In this document: positions 1 to 7,446 of the stretch, in pieces
Layout: every line of letters starts with the position of its first letter
Position numbering within the stretch: position 1 is the stretch's first letter
Source of the DNA: a virus
Taxonomy: Duplodnaviria > Heunggongvirae > Uroviricota > Caudoviricetes
DNA: 10,977 bases
Virus record (IMG/VR): IMGVR_UViG_2648501338_000003
Direction: 5' to 3' (one strand)
Translations under genes and position numbers: made by a program
Notes under the pieces: generated by a model
Database searches by the model: none
The model's input: the letters and a program-made list of their open reading frames with translations, nothing else
What the model was told of the DNA's origin: nothing

Positions 1-48
1 CATGTAGATGATAATTATTATCATTTTCGTGGGTCCTTTCCGGCGATC
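1..48. other. cosQ: cos upstream segment, expected to contain cosQ (packaging termination element)
   Basis: Sequence 1-60 (catgtagatgataat...ccggcgatccgacaggttacg) closely matches the right end of the lambda genome as I recall it (ends ...CCGACAGGTTACG), immediately before the cohesive end. Exact cosQ boundaries cannot be set from sequence alone. Confidence 0.5.
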
Positions 49-84
49 CGACAGGTTACGGGGCGGCGACCTCGCGGGTTTTCG
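49..84. other. cosN: cosN nicking site; 12-nt cohesive end GGGCGGCGACCT at 61-72
   Basis: Positions 61-105 (gggcggcgacctcgcgggttttcgctatttatgaaaattttccgg) are identical to the first 45 nt of the lambda left end as I recall it; the lambda 12-nt 5-prime overhang is GGGCGGCGACCT. Top-strand nick expected between 60 and 61, bottom-strand nick between 72 and 73. Confidence 0.8.
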
Positions 85-109
85 CTATTTATGAAAATTT
101 TCCGGGATC

Positions 110-120
110 CATGTCCGGTT
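110..120 (-). repeat. R-like repeat copy 1 (catgtccggtt, reverse complement of aaccggacatg)
   Basis: Exact 11-bp match in inverted orientation to the copies at 168-178 and 198-208. Confidence 0.6.
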
Positions 121-167
121 TCTCTTCAAGTTAACTATATGAAAAATATAAAAACAGGTCTTCTGTG

Positions 168-178
168 AACCGGACATG
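168..178 (+). repeat. R-like repeat copy 2 (aaccggacatg)
   Basis: Exact 11-bp direct repeat; the identity extends to 12 bp (aaccggacatga, 167-178 region). Confidence 0.6.
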
Positions 179-197
179 AACAAAAAACAGACATGTA

Positions 198-208
198 AAC
201 CGGACATG
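198..208 (+). repeat. R-like repeat copy 3 (aaccggacatg), overlapping a one-mismatch inverted copy catgaccggtt at 205-215
   Basis: Exact 11-bp direct repeat 30 bp downstream of copy 2. The overlapping inverted near-copy at 205-215 makes a composite site. Confidence 0.6.
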
Positions 209-255
209 ACCGGTTTTGTTGTGATTGTGAGGTGAGAGTTTTTGCGAGGTGAGGA

Positions 256-765
256 GTGGCTACGCAGACTGAAGTTGCCAGGCATTTAAGTCTGACCGAT
301 CGCCAGCTTCGCAGATTGCAGAAATTGCCGGGTGCCCCGATATCGAATAAGCGAGGGCAACTGGATCTGGATGCCTGGCGCGATTTTTACATATCGTATC
401 TGAGGAGAAGTAAAAACGATGTGCCTGATGGCGATAGCGAAGACGACTATGAGGAGAAATTGCTTATTGCCAGATGGGAACTGACAGCAGAACAGGCTGT
501 TACACAGCAGTTAAAAAATGAGGTGTCAAAAGGAAAACTTATTGACACCGGGTTCTGTATTTTTGCCCTCAGTAAGCTGGCAATGGCGTTATCCAGTACG
601 CTTGATTCCATCCCTTTATCCATGCAGCGACAGTTTCCTGATTTAACACCGCGCCATCTTGACCATCTGAAAACCCTTATTGCTAAGGGGGCAAATCAGT
701 GTGCGCGGGCAGGGGATAAATTACCGGATTTACTCGATGAATATATCAGAGCAACAACTGAATAA
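256..765 (+). CDS. nu1: terminase small subunit (Nu1-like), GTG start
   Basis: 169-aa ORF. The C-terminal half (TGFCIFALSKLAMALSSTLDSIPLSMQRQFPDLTPRHLDHLK) aligns with lambda Nu1 (TAFCTFVLSRIAGEIASILDGLPLSVQRRFPELENRHVDFLK). The N-terminus has a helix-turn-helix-like segment (TEVARHLSLTDRQLRRL). GTG at 256 is preceded by GAGGT at 246-250; an in-frame stop at 250-252 rules out a longer N-terminus. Overlaps the start of A by 29 nt, as in lambda. Confidence 0.85.
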   Translation: MATQTEVARHLSLTDRQLRRLQKLPGAPISNKRGQLDLDAWRDFYISYLRRSKNDVPDGDSEDDYEEKLLIARWELTAEQAVTQQLKNEVSKGKLIDTGFCIFALSKLAMALSSTLDSIPLSMQRQFPDLTPRHLDHLKTLIAKGANQCARAGDKLPDLLDEYIRATTE

Positions 766-2665
766 TATGATGGCTGCCGTTTCGGTTGCGCTGCAGCCTC
801 TGGTCAGGGTTGTACCAATGACGGCAGTTGAATGGGCTGATCAAAATTATTATCTGCCTAAAGAATCCTCATACGGTGAGGGCGAATGGAAAACGCTGCC
901 ATTCCAGATCGCCATTATGAACTGTATGGGTAACGACCAGGTTCGCACGGTTAACCTGATTAAATCTGCCCGTGTTGGCTATACAAAGATGTTGCTGGGG
1001 GTGGTCGGGTATTTTATTGAGCATAAATCCCGAAACAGTCTGCTTTTTCAGCCCACGGATTCTGCCGCTGAAGATTTTATGAAGTCTCACGTGGAGGCGA
1101 CGATTCGGAACGTGCCATGCCTGAAAGACCTTTCCCCATGGCTGGGTCGTAAACATCGTGACAATACTCTCACGCTGAAACGCTTTTCATCGGGCGTCGG
1201 TTTCTGGTGCCTGGGCGGCGCAGCCGCCAAAAACTACCGTGAAAAATCCGTGGACGTGGTCTGCTATGACGAACTTTCCTCGTTCGAGCCGGATGTCGAA
1301 AAAGAGGGCTCGCCAACCCTGCTGGGGGATAAGCGTATTGAGGGCTCGGTATGGCCAAAATCCATTCGCGGCTCGACGCCTAAAATCAAAGGCACCTGCC
1401 AGATCGAAAAAGCCGCCAACGAGTCGGCGCATTTCATGCGTTTCTATGTGCCCTGCCCGCACTGTGGGGAGGCGCAGTATCTGAAATTTGGCGATGAATC
1501 CACGCCTTTTGGCCTTAAATGGGAGAAGGACAGCCCCGAAAGCGTTTTCTACCTCTGTGAACATCATGGCTGCGTGATCCATCAGTCTGAACTGGACCAG
1601 AGCAACGGGCGCTGGATCTGTGAAAACACGGGCATGTGGACCCGTGACGGCCTGACGTTTTTCAGCGCCCGGGGGGATGAAATTCCGCCGCCGCGCTCCA
1701 TCACGTTCCATATCTGGACGGCGTACAGTCCGTTCACCACCTGGATACAGATAGTCTATGACTGGCTGGATGCACTGAAAGATCCCAACGGCCTGAAAAC
1801 CTTTGTGAACACCACGCTGGGCGAGACCTGGGAAGAAGCCGTGGGCGAAAAACTCGATCACCAGGTACTGATGGATAAGGTGGTGCATTACACGGCGGCG
1901 GTACCTGCCCGGGTGGTTTATCTGACGGCGGGCATTGACTCGCAGCGAAACCGTTTTGAGATGTATGTCTGGGGATGGGCACCGGGAGAGGAAGCTTTTC
2001 TGGTGGATAAAATCATCATTATGGGCCGTCCCGATGAGGAAGAGACGCTGTTACGTGTGGATGCGGCGATCAACAAAAAATACTGCCATGCAGACGGAAC
2101 CGAAATGACCATTTCCCGTGTCTGCTGGGACACCGGGGGGATCGATGGTGAAATTGTCTATCAGAGGTCAAAAAAACACGGTGTTTTCCGGGTGCTGCCG
2201 GTAAAAGGCGCATCTGTCTATGGCAAGCCGGTGATCACCATGCCGAAAACCCGCAATCAGCGGGGCGTGTATCTGTGTGAAGTGGGGACGGACACCGCAA
2301 AAGAAATTCTCTATGCCCGTATGAAAGCCGATCCCACTCCTGCGGATGAAGCCACGTCGTATGCCATCCGTTTTCCTGATGATCCGGAGATTTTTTCGCA
2401 GACAGAGGCGCAGCAACTGGTCGCGGAAGAGCTTGTGGAGAAGTGGGAAAAAGGAAAGATGCGTCTGCTGTGGGATAACAAAAAGCGGCGTAACGAAGCG
2501 CTGGACTGCCTGGTGTATGCCTACGCGGCATTACGTGTGTCCGTGCAACGCTGGCAGCTTGATCTGGCTGTACTGGCAAAATCCCGGGAAGAAGAGACGA
2601 CCCGGCCAACCCTGAAAGAACTGGCAGCGAAGCTGTCCGGAGGAGTGAATGGTTACAGTCGCTGA
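737..2665 (+). CDS. A: terminase large subunit (gpA-like; ATPase/nuclease)
   Basis: Starting from MNISEQQLNN, the protein aligns along its full length with lambda gpA (e.g. TAVEWADQNYYLPKESSYGEGEWKTLPFQ, KSARVGYTKMLLGV, CWDTGGIDGEIVYQRSKKHG, KKRRNEALDCLVYAYAALR). The ATG at 737 is chosen by homology to the lambda start MNISNSQ; the ORF track begins upstream at 680. Confidence 0.93.
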   Translation: MNISEQQLNNMMAAVSVALQPLVRVVPMTAVEWADQNYYLPKESSYGEGEWKTLPFQIAIMNCMGNDQVRTVNLIKSARVGYTKMLLGVVGYFIEHKSRNSLLFQPTDSAAEDFMKSHVEATIRNVPCLKDLSPWLGRKHRDNTLTLKRFSSGVGFWCLGGAAAKNYREKSVDVVCYDELSSFEPDVEKEGSPTLLGDKRIEGSVWPKSIRGSTPKIKGTCQIEKAANESAHFMRFYVPCPHCGEAQYLKFGDESTPFGLKWEKDSPESVFYLCEHHGCVIHQSELDQSNGRWICENTGMWTRDGLTFFSARGDEIPPPRSITFHIWTAYSPFTTWIQIVYDWLDALKDPNGLKTFVNTTLGETWEEAVGEKLDHQVLMDKVVHYTAAVPARVVYLTAGIDSQRNRFEMYVWGWAPGEEAFLVDKIIIMGRPDEEETLLRVDAAINKKYCHADGTEMTISRVCWDTGGIDGEIVYQRSKKHGVFRVLPVKGASVYGKPVITMPKTRNQRGVYLCEVGTDTAKEILYARMKADPTPADEATSYAIRFPDDPEIFSQTEAQQLVAEELVEKWEKGKMRLLWDNKKRRNEALDCLVYAYAALRVSVQRWQLDLAVLAKSREEETTRPTLKELAAKLSGGVNGYSR

Positions 2666-2855
2666 ACTACAGGCGCTACGTCAGGCGCGCCTTGATTTAT
2701 TAACCGGTAAACGGGTGGTGTCTGTCCAGAAAGATGGTCGCAGAATTGAATATACGGCGGCTTCTCTGGATGAGCTTAACCGGGCGATCAATGATGCGGA
2801 GTCGGTACTGGGGACAACCCGACGTCGCCGTCGTCCGCTGGGAGTGAGGTTATGA
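2649..2855 (+). CDS. W: head-tail joining protein W
   Basis: 68 aa, the same length as lambda gpW, and similar (LLTGKRVVSVQKDGRRIEYTAASL vs lambda [24 protein letters not shown]). GGAGG at 2639-2643 precedes the ATG at 2649. Overlaps the end of A by 17 nt. Confidence 0.88.
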   Translation: MVTVAELQALRQARLDLLTGKRVVSVQKDGRRIEYTAASLDELNRAINDAESVLGTTRRRRRPLGVRL

Positions 2856-4444
2856 AACGAACGCCTGTCCTGATTGATGTGAACGGCGTTCCGCTTCGTG
2901 AGAGTCTCAGCTACAACGGGGGCGGCGCAGGATTTGGCGGGCAAATGGCGGAGTGGTTGCCACCGGCGCAGAGTGCCGATGCAGCCCTGCTGCCTGCGTT
3001 GCGTCTGGGGAATGCCCGGGCAGATGATCTGGTGCGCAATAACGGGATAGCGGCCAATGCGGTGGCACTGCATAAGGATCATATTGTCGGGCATATGTTT
3101 CTGATCAGCTACCGTCCGAACTGGCGCTGGCTGGGGATGCGGGAGACTGCGGCAAAAAGTTTTGTCGATGAGGTGGAGGCGGCCTGGTCGGAATACGCCG
3201 AAGGGATGTCTGGCGAGATCGACGTGGAAGAGAAACGCACGTTTACGGAATTTATTCGTGAAGGTGTGGGCGTTCATGCGTTTAACGGCGAAATCTTTGT
3301 GCAGCCGGTCTGGGATACGGAGAGCACGCAACTGTTTCGTACGCGTTTTAAAGCCGTGAGTCCGAAACGGGTGGACACGCCAGGACACGGTATGGGGAAC
3401 CGTTTTCTGCGGGCCGGTGTGGAGGTCGATCGATATGGTCGTGCCGTTGCGTACCATATCTGTGAGGATGATTTTCCGTTCTCTGGGAGTGGACGATGGG
3501 AACGGATCCCGCGTGAACTTCCCACCGGGCGTCCGGCCATGCTGCATATTTTCGAGCCGGTGGAGGACGGGCAGACCCGTGGGGCCAATCAGTTTTACAG
3601 CGTAATGGAACGGCTGAAGATGCTCGATTCCCTGCAGGCAACACAGCTTCAGTCGGCCATAGTGAAGGCGATGTATGCAGCGACGATTGAAAGTGACCTT
3701 GATACCGAAAAGGCCTTTGAATATATCGCCGGTGCGCCGCAGGGGCAGAAGGATAATCCGCTTATTAATATTCTGGATAAGTTCTCCACCTGGTATGACA
3801 CGAATAGCGTGACGCTGGGCGGTGTCAAAATTCCGCACCTTTTCCCCGGTGATGATCTGAAACTTCAGACCGCGCAGGATTCAGACAATGGATTTTCGGC
3901 GCTTGAACAGGCGCTGCTGCGGTATATCGCCGCCGGTCTTGGCGTTTCCTACGAACAGTTGTCCCGTGATTACTCGAAGGTCAGTTATTCAAGTGCCCGC
4001 GCATCCGCCAATGAGTCGTGGCGCTATTTTATGGGGCGGCGAAAATTTATTGCGTCCCGGCTGGCCACGCAGATGTTTTCCTGCTGGCTGGAAGAGGCAC
4101 TTCTTCGGGGGATTATTCGTCCGCCACGGGCACGTTTTGATTTTTATCAGGCGCGATCAGCCTGGTCACGGGCTGAGTGGATTGGAGCCGGAAGAATGGC
4201 CATTGACGGGCTCAAGGAGGTTCAGGAATCAGTGATGCGCATTGAGGCCGGACTGAGCACGTATGAGAAAGAGCTGGCGCTGATGGGCGAGGATTATCAG
4301 GACATTTTCCGCCAGCAGGTCAGGGAATCTGCAGAGCGGGAAAAAGCCGGACTCTCACGTCCGGTGTGGATAGCGCAGGCGTATCAGCAGCAGATAGCGG
4401 AGAGTCGCAGGCCGGAAGAGGAGACAACACCACGTGAGACGTAA
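2852..4444 (+). CDS. B: portal protein (gpB-like)
   Basis: 530 aa with strong full-length similarity to lambda gpB (GNARADDLVRNNG, FEPVEDGQTRGANQFYSVME, LQTAQDSDNGFS, LLRYIAAGLGVSYEQLSR, GRMAIDGLKEVQE). Its ATG overlaps the W stop in an ATGA arrangement. Confidence 0.93.
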   Translation: MKRTPVLIDVNGVPLRESLSYNGGGAGFGGQMAEWLPPAQSADAALLPALRLGNARADDLVRNNGIAANAVALHKDHIVGHMFLISYRPNWRWLGMRETAAKSFVDEVEAAWSEYAEGMSGEIDVEEKRTFTEFIREGVGVHAFNGEIFVQPVWDTESTQLFRTRFKAVSPKRVDTPGHGMGNRFLRAGVEVDRYGRAVAYHICEDDFPFSGSGRWERIPRELPTGRPAMLHIFEPVEDGQTRGANQFYSVMERLKMLDSLQATQLQSAIVKAMYAATIESDLDTEKAFEYIAGAPQGQKDNPLINILDKFSTWYDTNSVTLGGVKIPHLFPGDDLKLQTAQDSDNGFSALEQALLRYIAAGLGVSYEQLSRDYSKVSYSSARASANESWRYFMGRRKFIASRLATQMFSCWLEEALLRGIIRPPRARFDFYQARSAWSRAEWIGAGRMAIDGLKEVQESVMRIEAGLSTYEKELALMGEDYQDIFRQQVRESAEREKAGLSRPVWIAQAYQQQIAESRRPEEETTPRET

Positions 4445-5939
4445 TCTTTCACACATTATTGCCGCAGCATTCAATGAACCGCTGCTTCTGGAGCCCGCCT
4501 ATGCGCGGGTTTTCTTTTGCGCGCTCGGGCGCGAGATGGGGGCAGCAAGTCTTTCGGTACCACAACAGCAGGTACAGCTTGATGCTCCCGGAATGCTGGC
4601 TGAAACGGACGAGTACATGGCCGGAGGTAAACGACCGGCCCGTGTTTACCGGGTGGTGAACGGTATTGCGGTACTGCCGGTGACCGGCACGCTGGTGCAC
4701 CGGCTGGGGGGGATGCGGCCATTTTCCGGAATGACAGGCTATGACGGCATTGTCGCCTGTCTTCAGCAGGCAATGGCAGATAGCCAGGTGCGGGGCATAC
4801 TGCTGGACATTGACAGTCCGGGCGGGCAGGCCGCCGGCGCGTTTGACTGCGCTGACATGATTTACCGCCTCCGTCAGCAGAAGCCGGTCTGGGCACTGTG
4901 CAATGACACGGCCTGTTCTGCAGCCATGCTGCTGGCGTCGGCCTGCTCCCGACGGCTGGTTACCCAGACATCCCGTATCGGCTCCATTGGCGTGATGATG
5001 AGCCATGTCAGCTATGCCGGTCATCTGGCGCAGGCCGGTGTGGATATCACGCTGATTTACTCAGGGGCGCACAAGGTGGATGGCAATCAGTTTGAAGCCT
5101 TACCGGCAGAGGTTCGCCAGGACATGCAGCAGCGCATTGATGCGGCGCGCCGGATGTTTGCCGAAAAAGTGGCGATGTTTACCGGTCTGTCTGTTGATGC
5201 CGTCACGGGAACAGAGGCCGCCGTTTTTGAAGGTCAGTCCGGCATTGAGGCCGGGCTGGCGGATGAATTAGTCAATGCGTCGGATGCCATCAGTGTGATG
5301 GCCACGGCGCTGAACAGTAATGTCAGAGGAGGCACTATGCCGCAATTAACTGCAACGGAAGCCGCCGCGCAGGAGAACCAGCGAGTGATGGGGATCCTGA
5401 CATGCCAGGAAGCGAAAGGACGTGAACAGCTTGCCACGATGCTGGCAGGACAACAGGGCATGAGCGTTGAACAGGCCCGGGCGATTCTGGCCGCGGCGGC
5501 ACCGCAGCAGCCGGTGGCATCCACGCAGAGTGAAGCCGATCGCATTATGGCGTGTGAAGAAGCGAACGGTCGTGAACAACTGGCGGCAACGCTGGCGGCG
5601 ATGCCGGAGATGACGGTGGAAAAAGCCCGCCCGATCCTGGCTGCTTCACCGCAGGCGGATGCCGGACCCTCACTCCGTGATCAGATCATGGCACTGGATG
5701 AGGCAAAAGGGGCTGAGGCGCAGGCTGAACAGCTGGCTGCCTGCCCGGGAATGACTGTGGAGAGCGCCCGGGCTGTGCTGGCTGCGGGATCAGGTAAGGC
5801 AGAACCGGTCTCTGCATCCACAACCGCCCTGTTTGAACGCATCATGGCGAACCATTCACCGGCAGCGGTACAGGGTGGCGTGCCACAGACGTCAGCAGAC
5901 GGTGATGCGGACGTGAAAATGCTCATGGCCATGCCATGA
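4434..5939 (+). CDS. C: head maturation protease / scaffold protein (gpC-like, S49/ClpP-type serine protease domain), with an extended repeat-containing C-terminal region
   Basis: 501 aa. The N-terminal 300 aa align with lambda gpC (AFNEPLLLEPAYARVFFCAL, GIAVLPVTGTLV, MTGYDGI, AGAFDCAD, KPVWALCNDTACSAA, SRRLVTQTSRIGSIGVMM, ITLIYSGAHKVDGN, GLSVDAV, TEAAVFEGQ, AGLADELVN). Proposed GTG start at 4434 follows AGAGGAG at 4417-4423; the exact start is uncertain. Overlaps the portal stop by 11 nt. Confidence 0.88.
   Translation: MRRNLSHIIAAAFNEPLLLEPAYARVFFCALGREMGAASLSVPQQQVQLDAPGMLAETDEYMAGGKRPARVYRVVNGIAVLPVTGTLVHRLGGMRPFSGMTGYDGIVACLQQAMADSQVRGILLDIDSPGGQAAGAFDCADMIYRLRQQKPVWALCNDTACSAAMLLASACSRRLVTQTSRIGSIGVMMSHVSYAGHLAQAGVDITLIYSGAHKVDGNQFEALPAEVRQDMQQRIDAARRMFAEKVAMFTGLSVDAVTGTEAAVFEGQSGIEAGLADELVNASDAISVMATALNSNVRGGTMPQLTATEAAAQENQRVMGILTCQEAKGREQLATMLAGQQGMSVEQARAILAAAAPQQPVASTQSEADRIMACEEANGREQLAATLAAMPEMTVEKARPILAASPQADAGPSLRDQIMALDEAKGAEAQAEQLAACPGMTVESARAVLAAGSGKAEPVSASTTALFERIMANHSPAAVQGGVPQTSADGDADVKMLMAMP
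5337..5939 (+). CDS. nu3: candidate nested in-frame scaffold protein (Nu3-like), produced by internal initiation within C
   Basis: In lambda, Nu3 is translated from an internal in-frame start in the 3-prime part of C. Here an in-frame ATG at 5337 is preceded by a strong Shine-Dalgarno sequence AGAGGAGG (5325-5332) and would give about 200 aa containing the scaffold repeats. The start is inferred, not proven. Confidence 0.4.
   Translation: MPQLTATEAAAQENQRVMGILTCQEAKGREQLATMLAGQQGMSVEQARAILAAAAPQQPVASTQSEADRIMACEEANGREQLAATLAAMPEMTVEKARPILAASPQADAGPSLRDQIMALDEAKGAEAQAEQLAACPGMTVESARAVLAAGSGKAEPVSASTTALFERIMANHSPAAVQGGVPQTSADGDADVKMLMAMP
5385..5840 (+). repeat. three diverged tandem copies of a roughly 47-53 aa scaffold motif (IMxxxEAxGREQLAxxLAxxPGMTVExARxILAA) within C/Nu3
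   Basis: Protein-level repeats begin at nt 5385 (VMGILTCQEAKGREQLATMLAGQQGMSVEQARAILAAA), 5544 (IMACEEANGREQLAATLAAMPEMTVEKARPILAAS) and 5685 (IMALDEAKGAEAQAEQLAACPGMTVESARAVLAAG), followed by a vestigial fourth IMA at about 5838. The copies are diverged at the DNA level. Confidence 0.75.
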
Positions 5940-5975
5940 AGTCAGTGCTGACCATCAACAGGAGGTTTTTACAAT

Positions 5976-6323
5976 ATGGTAACGAAAACCATCACTGAAC
6001 AGCGTGCGGAAGTACGTATTTTTGCCGGTAATGATCCGGCTCATACCGCCACAGGCAGCAGCGGGATTTCCTCGGCAACACCGGCACTGACGCCCCTGAT
6101 GCTGGATGAAGCCACCGGGAAACTGGTGGTCTGGGACGGACAGAAAGCCGGTAGTGCAGTTGGCATACTGGTACTGCCGCTTGAAGGCACAGAGACGGTA
6201 CTGACCTATTACAAGTCGGGGACCTTTGCGACGGAGGCAATCCGCTGGCCTGAAAGTGTGGATGAACACAAAAAGGCAAATGCCTTTGCCGGCAGTGCCC
6301 TGAGTCACGCGGCGCTGCCGTAA
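5976..6323 (+). CDS. D: head decoration protein (gpD-like)
   Basis: 115 aa, similar to lambda gpD (DPAHTATGSSG, PLMLDEATGKLVVWDG, AVGIL, YYKSGTF, AFAGSA). AGGAGG at 5960-5965 precedes the ATG at 5976. Confidence 0.92.
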   Translation: MVTKTITEQRAEVRIFAGNDPAHTATGSSGISSATPALTPLMLDEATGKLVVWDGQKAGSAVGILVLPLEGTETVLTYYKSGTFATEAIRWPESVDEHKKANAFAGSALSHAALP

Positions 6324-6330
6324 CACGTTA

Positions 6331-6352
6331 TCAGGCCACCGCGGTGGCCTGA
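6331..6352 (+). other. perfect 22-bp palindrome tcaggccaccgcggtggcctga in the D-E intergenic region (stable GC-rich RNA hairpin or dimeric protein site)
   Basis: The sequence equals its own reverse complement. It starts 8 nt after the D stop and ends 29 nt before the E start. No strong T-tract follows it. Confidence 0.7.
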
Positions 6353-6380
6353 CTGATTTCTGAATGAAAGGAACTGATTT

Positions 6381-7409
6381 ATGGGATTGTTTACGACCCG
6401 CCAGTTACTCGGTTATACCGAACAAAAAGTGAAATTTCGTGCGCTGTTTCTGGAGCTGTTTTTCCGCCGTACGGTGAATTTCCATACCGAAGAGGTGATG
6501 CTGGACAAAATTACCGGAAAAACGCCGGTGGCGGCCTATGTCTCCCCGGTTGTTGAAGGAAAAGTGCTGCGTCATCGCGGTGGTGAAACCCGCGTGTTAC
6601 GTCCGGGCTACGTCAAGCCGAAACACGAATTTAATTACCAGCAGGCGGTTGAGCGCCTTCCTGGTGAAGATCCGGCTCAACTGAACGATCCGGCTTACCG
6701 CCGTCTGCGTATCATTACCGATAACCTCAAACAGGAAGAGCACGCGATTGTCCAGGTGGAAGAAATACAGGCGGTAAATGCTGTGTTGTATGGCAAATAT
6801 ACGATGGAAGGAGACCAGTTCGAGAAAATTGAGGTCGATTTTGGCAGGTCGACGAAGAATAACATCACTCAGGGTAGTGGTAAGGAGTGGTCAAAACAGG
6901 ATCGTGACACGTTCGATCCTACACATGATCTTGACCTCTACTGCGACCAGGCCAGCGGTCTTGTGAATATTGCCATTATGGACGGTACCGTCTGGCGTCT
7001 TCTGAATGGTTTTAAGCTGTTCCGCGAAAAACTGGATACCCGTCGCGGTTCAAATTCTCAACTCGAAACGGCAGTGAAAGATCTGGGCGCAGTGGTGTCC
7101 TTCAAGGGGTATTACGGCGATCTGGCCATTGTGGTGGCGAAAACGTCTTATATAGCAGAAGACGGTATCGAAAAACGTTATCTGCCGGAGGGCATGCTGG
7201 TTCTGGGGAATACTGCTGCAGATGGGATCCGTTGTTACGGTGCCATTCAGGATGCGCAGGCGTTGTCCGAAGGTGTGGTGGCCTCTTCCCGTTATCCGAA
7301 ACACTGGCTGACGGTGGGGGATCCCGCCCGTGAATTTACCATGACGCAGTCCGCGCCGCTGATGGTGTTGCCGGACCCGGATGAGTTTGTGGTGGTACAG
7401 GTGAAATAA
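6381..7409 (+). CDS. E: major capsid protein (gpE-like)
   Basis: 342 aa (lambda gpE is 341 aa) with full-length similarity (PGYVKPKHE, DPAYRRLRII, VEEIQAVNAVLYGKYTM, KLDTRRGSNSQLETAVKDLG, YGDLAIVV, MVLGNT, TGDPAREFTMTQSAPLMVLPDPDEFV). AAGGA lies upstream of the ATG. Confidence 0.95.
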   Translation: MGLFTTRQLLGYTEQKVKFRALFLELFFRRTVNFHTEEVMLDKITGKTPVAAYVSPVVEGKVLRHRGGETRVLRPGYVKPKHEFNYQQAVERLPGEDPAQLNDPAYRRLRIITDNLKQEEHAIVQVEEIQAVNAVLYGKYTMEGDQFEKIEVDFGRSTKNNITQGSGKEWSKQDRDTFDPTHDLDLYCDQASGLVNIAIMDGTVWRLLNGFKLFREKLDTRRGSNSQLETAVKDLGAVVSFKGYYGDLAIVVAKTSYIAEDGIEKRYLPEGMLVLGNTAADGIRCYGAIQDAQALSEGVVASSRYPKHWLTVGDPAREFTMTQSAPLMVLPDPDEFVVVQVK

Positions 7410-7417
7410 TCCGTGAG

Positions 7418-7446
7418 CGGGGGCGAAATGCCCCCGTGTCTTTTTT
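7418..7446 (+). terminator. terminator-like hairpin: 7-bp GC stem (cgggggc / gcccccg, loop gaaat) followed by tgtc and a run of six T (7441-7446)
   Basis: Seen directly in the sequence, 9 nt after the E stop. The T-run is separated from the stem by 4 nt, so it is an imperfect intrinsic terminator. An alternative hairpin overlaps it (see findings). Confidence 0.45.

Larger units (their letters stand above)
107..215. promoter_or_regulatory. cosB: candidate cosB (small-terminase binding region) with repeated 11-bp elements and an AT-rich spacer
   Basis: Lies between cosN and the Nu1 start, where lambda has cosB. Similarity to lambda stops at about position 106. Contains three copies of aaccggacatg (one inverted) and an AT-rich stretch at 128-158. 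Confidence 0.55.

Noticed and set aside
121-167. IHF binding site (I1-like) in the AT-rich spacer of cosB
   Set aside because: I found no convincing match to the IHF consensus WATCARNNNNTTR on either strand by eye. The AT-rich spacer is noted, but an IHF site is not called.
680-736. Upstream extension of the large terminase ORF (MLRGQISVRG...)
   Set aside because: Homology to lambda gpA starts at MNISEQQ (ATG 737); the extension lies inside the Nu1 coding region and has no counterpart in gpA.
1187-1888. 233-aa ORF on the minus strand
   Set aside because: Antisense to large terminase A, which has full-length homology to lambda gpA; no independent coding support.
2681-3838. 385-aa ORF on the minus strand
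   Set aside because: It lies entirely antisense to the well-supported portal gene B. Its translation is low-complexity and R/P/H-rich, typical of a shadow ORF, with no recognisable motif.
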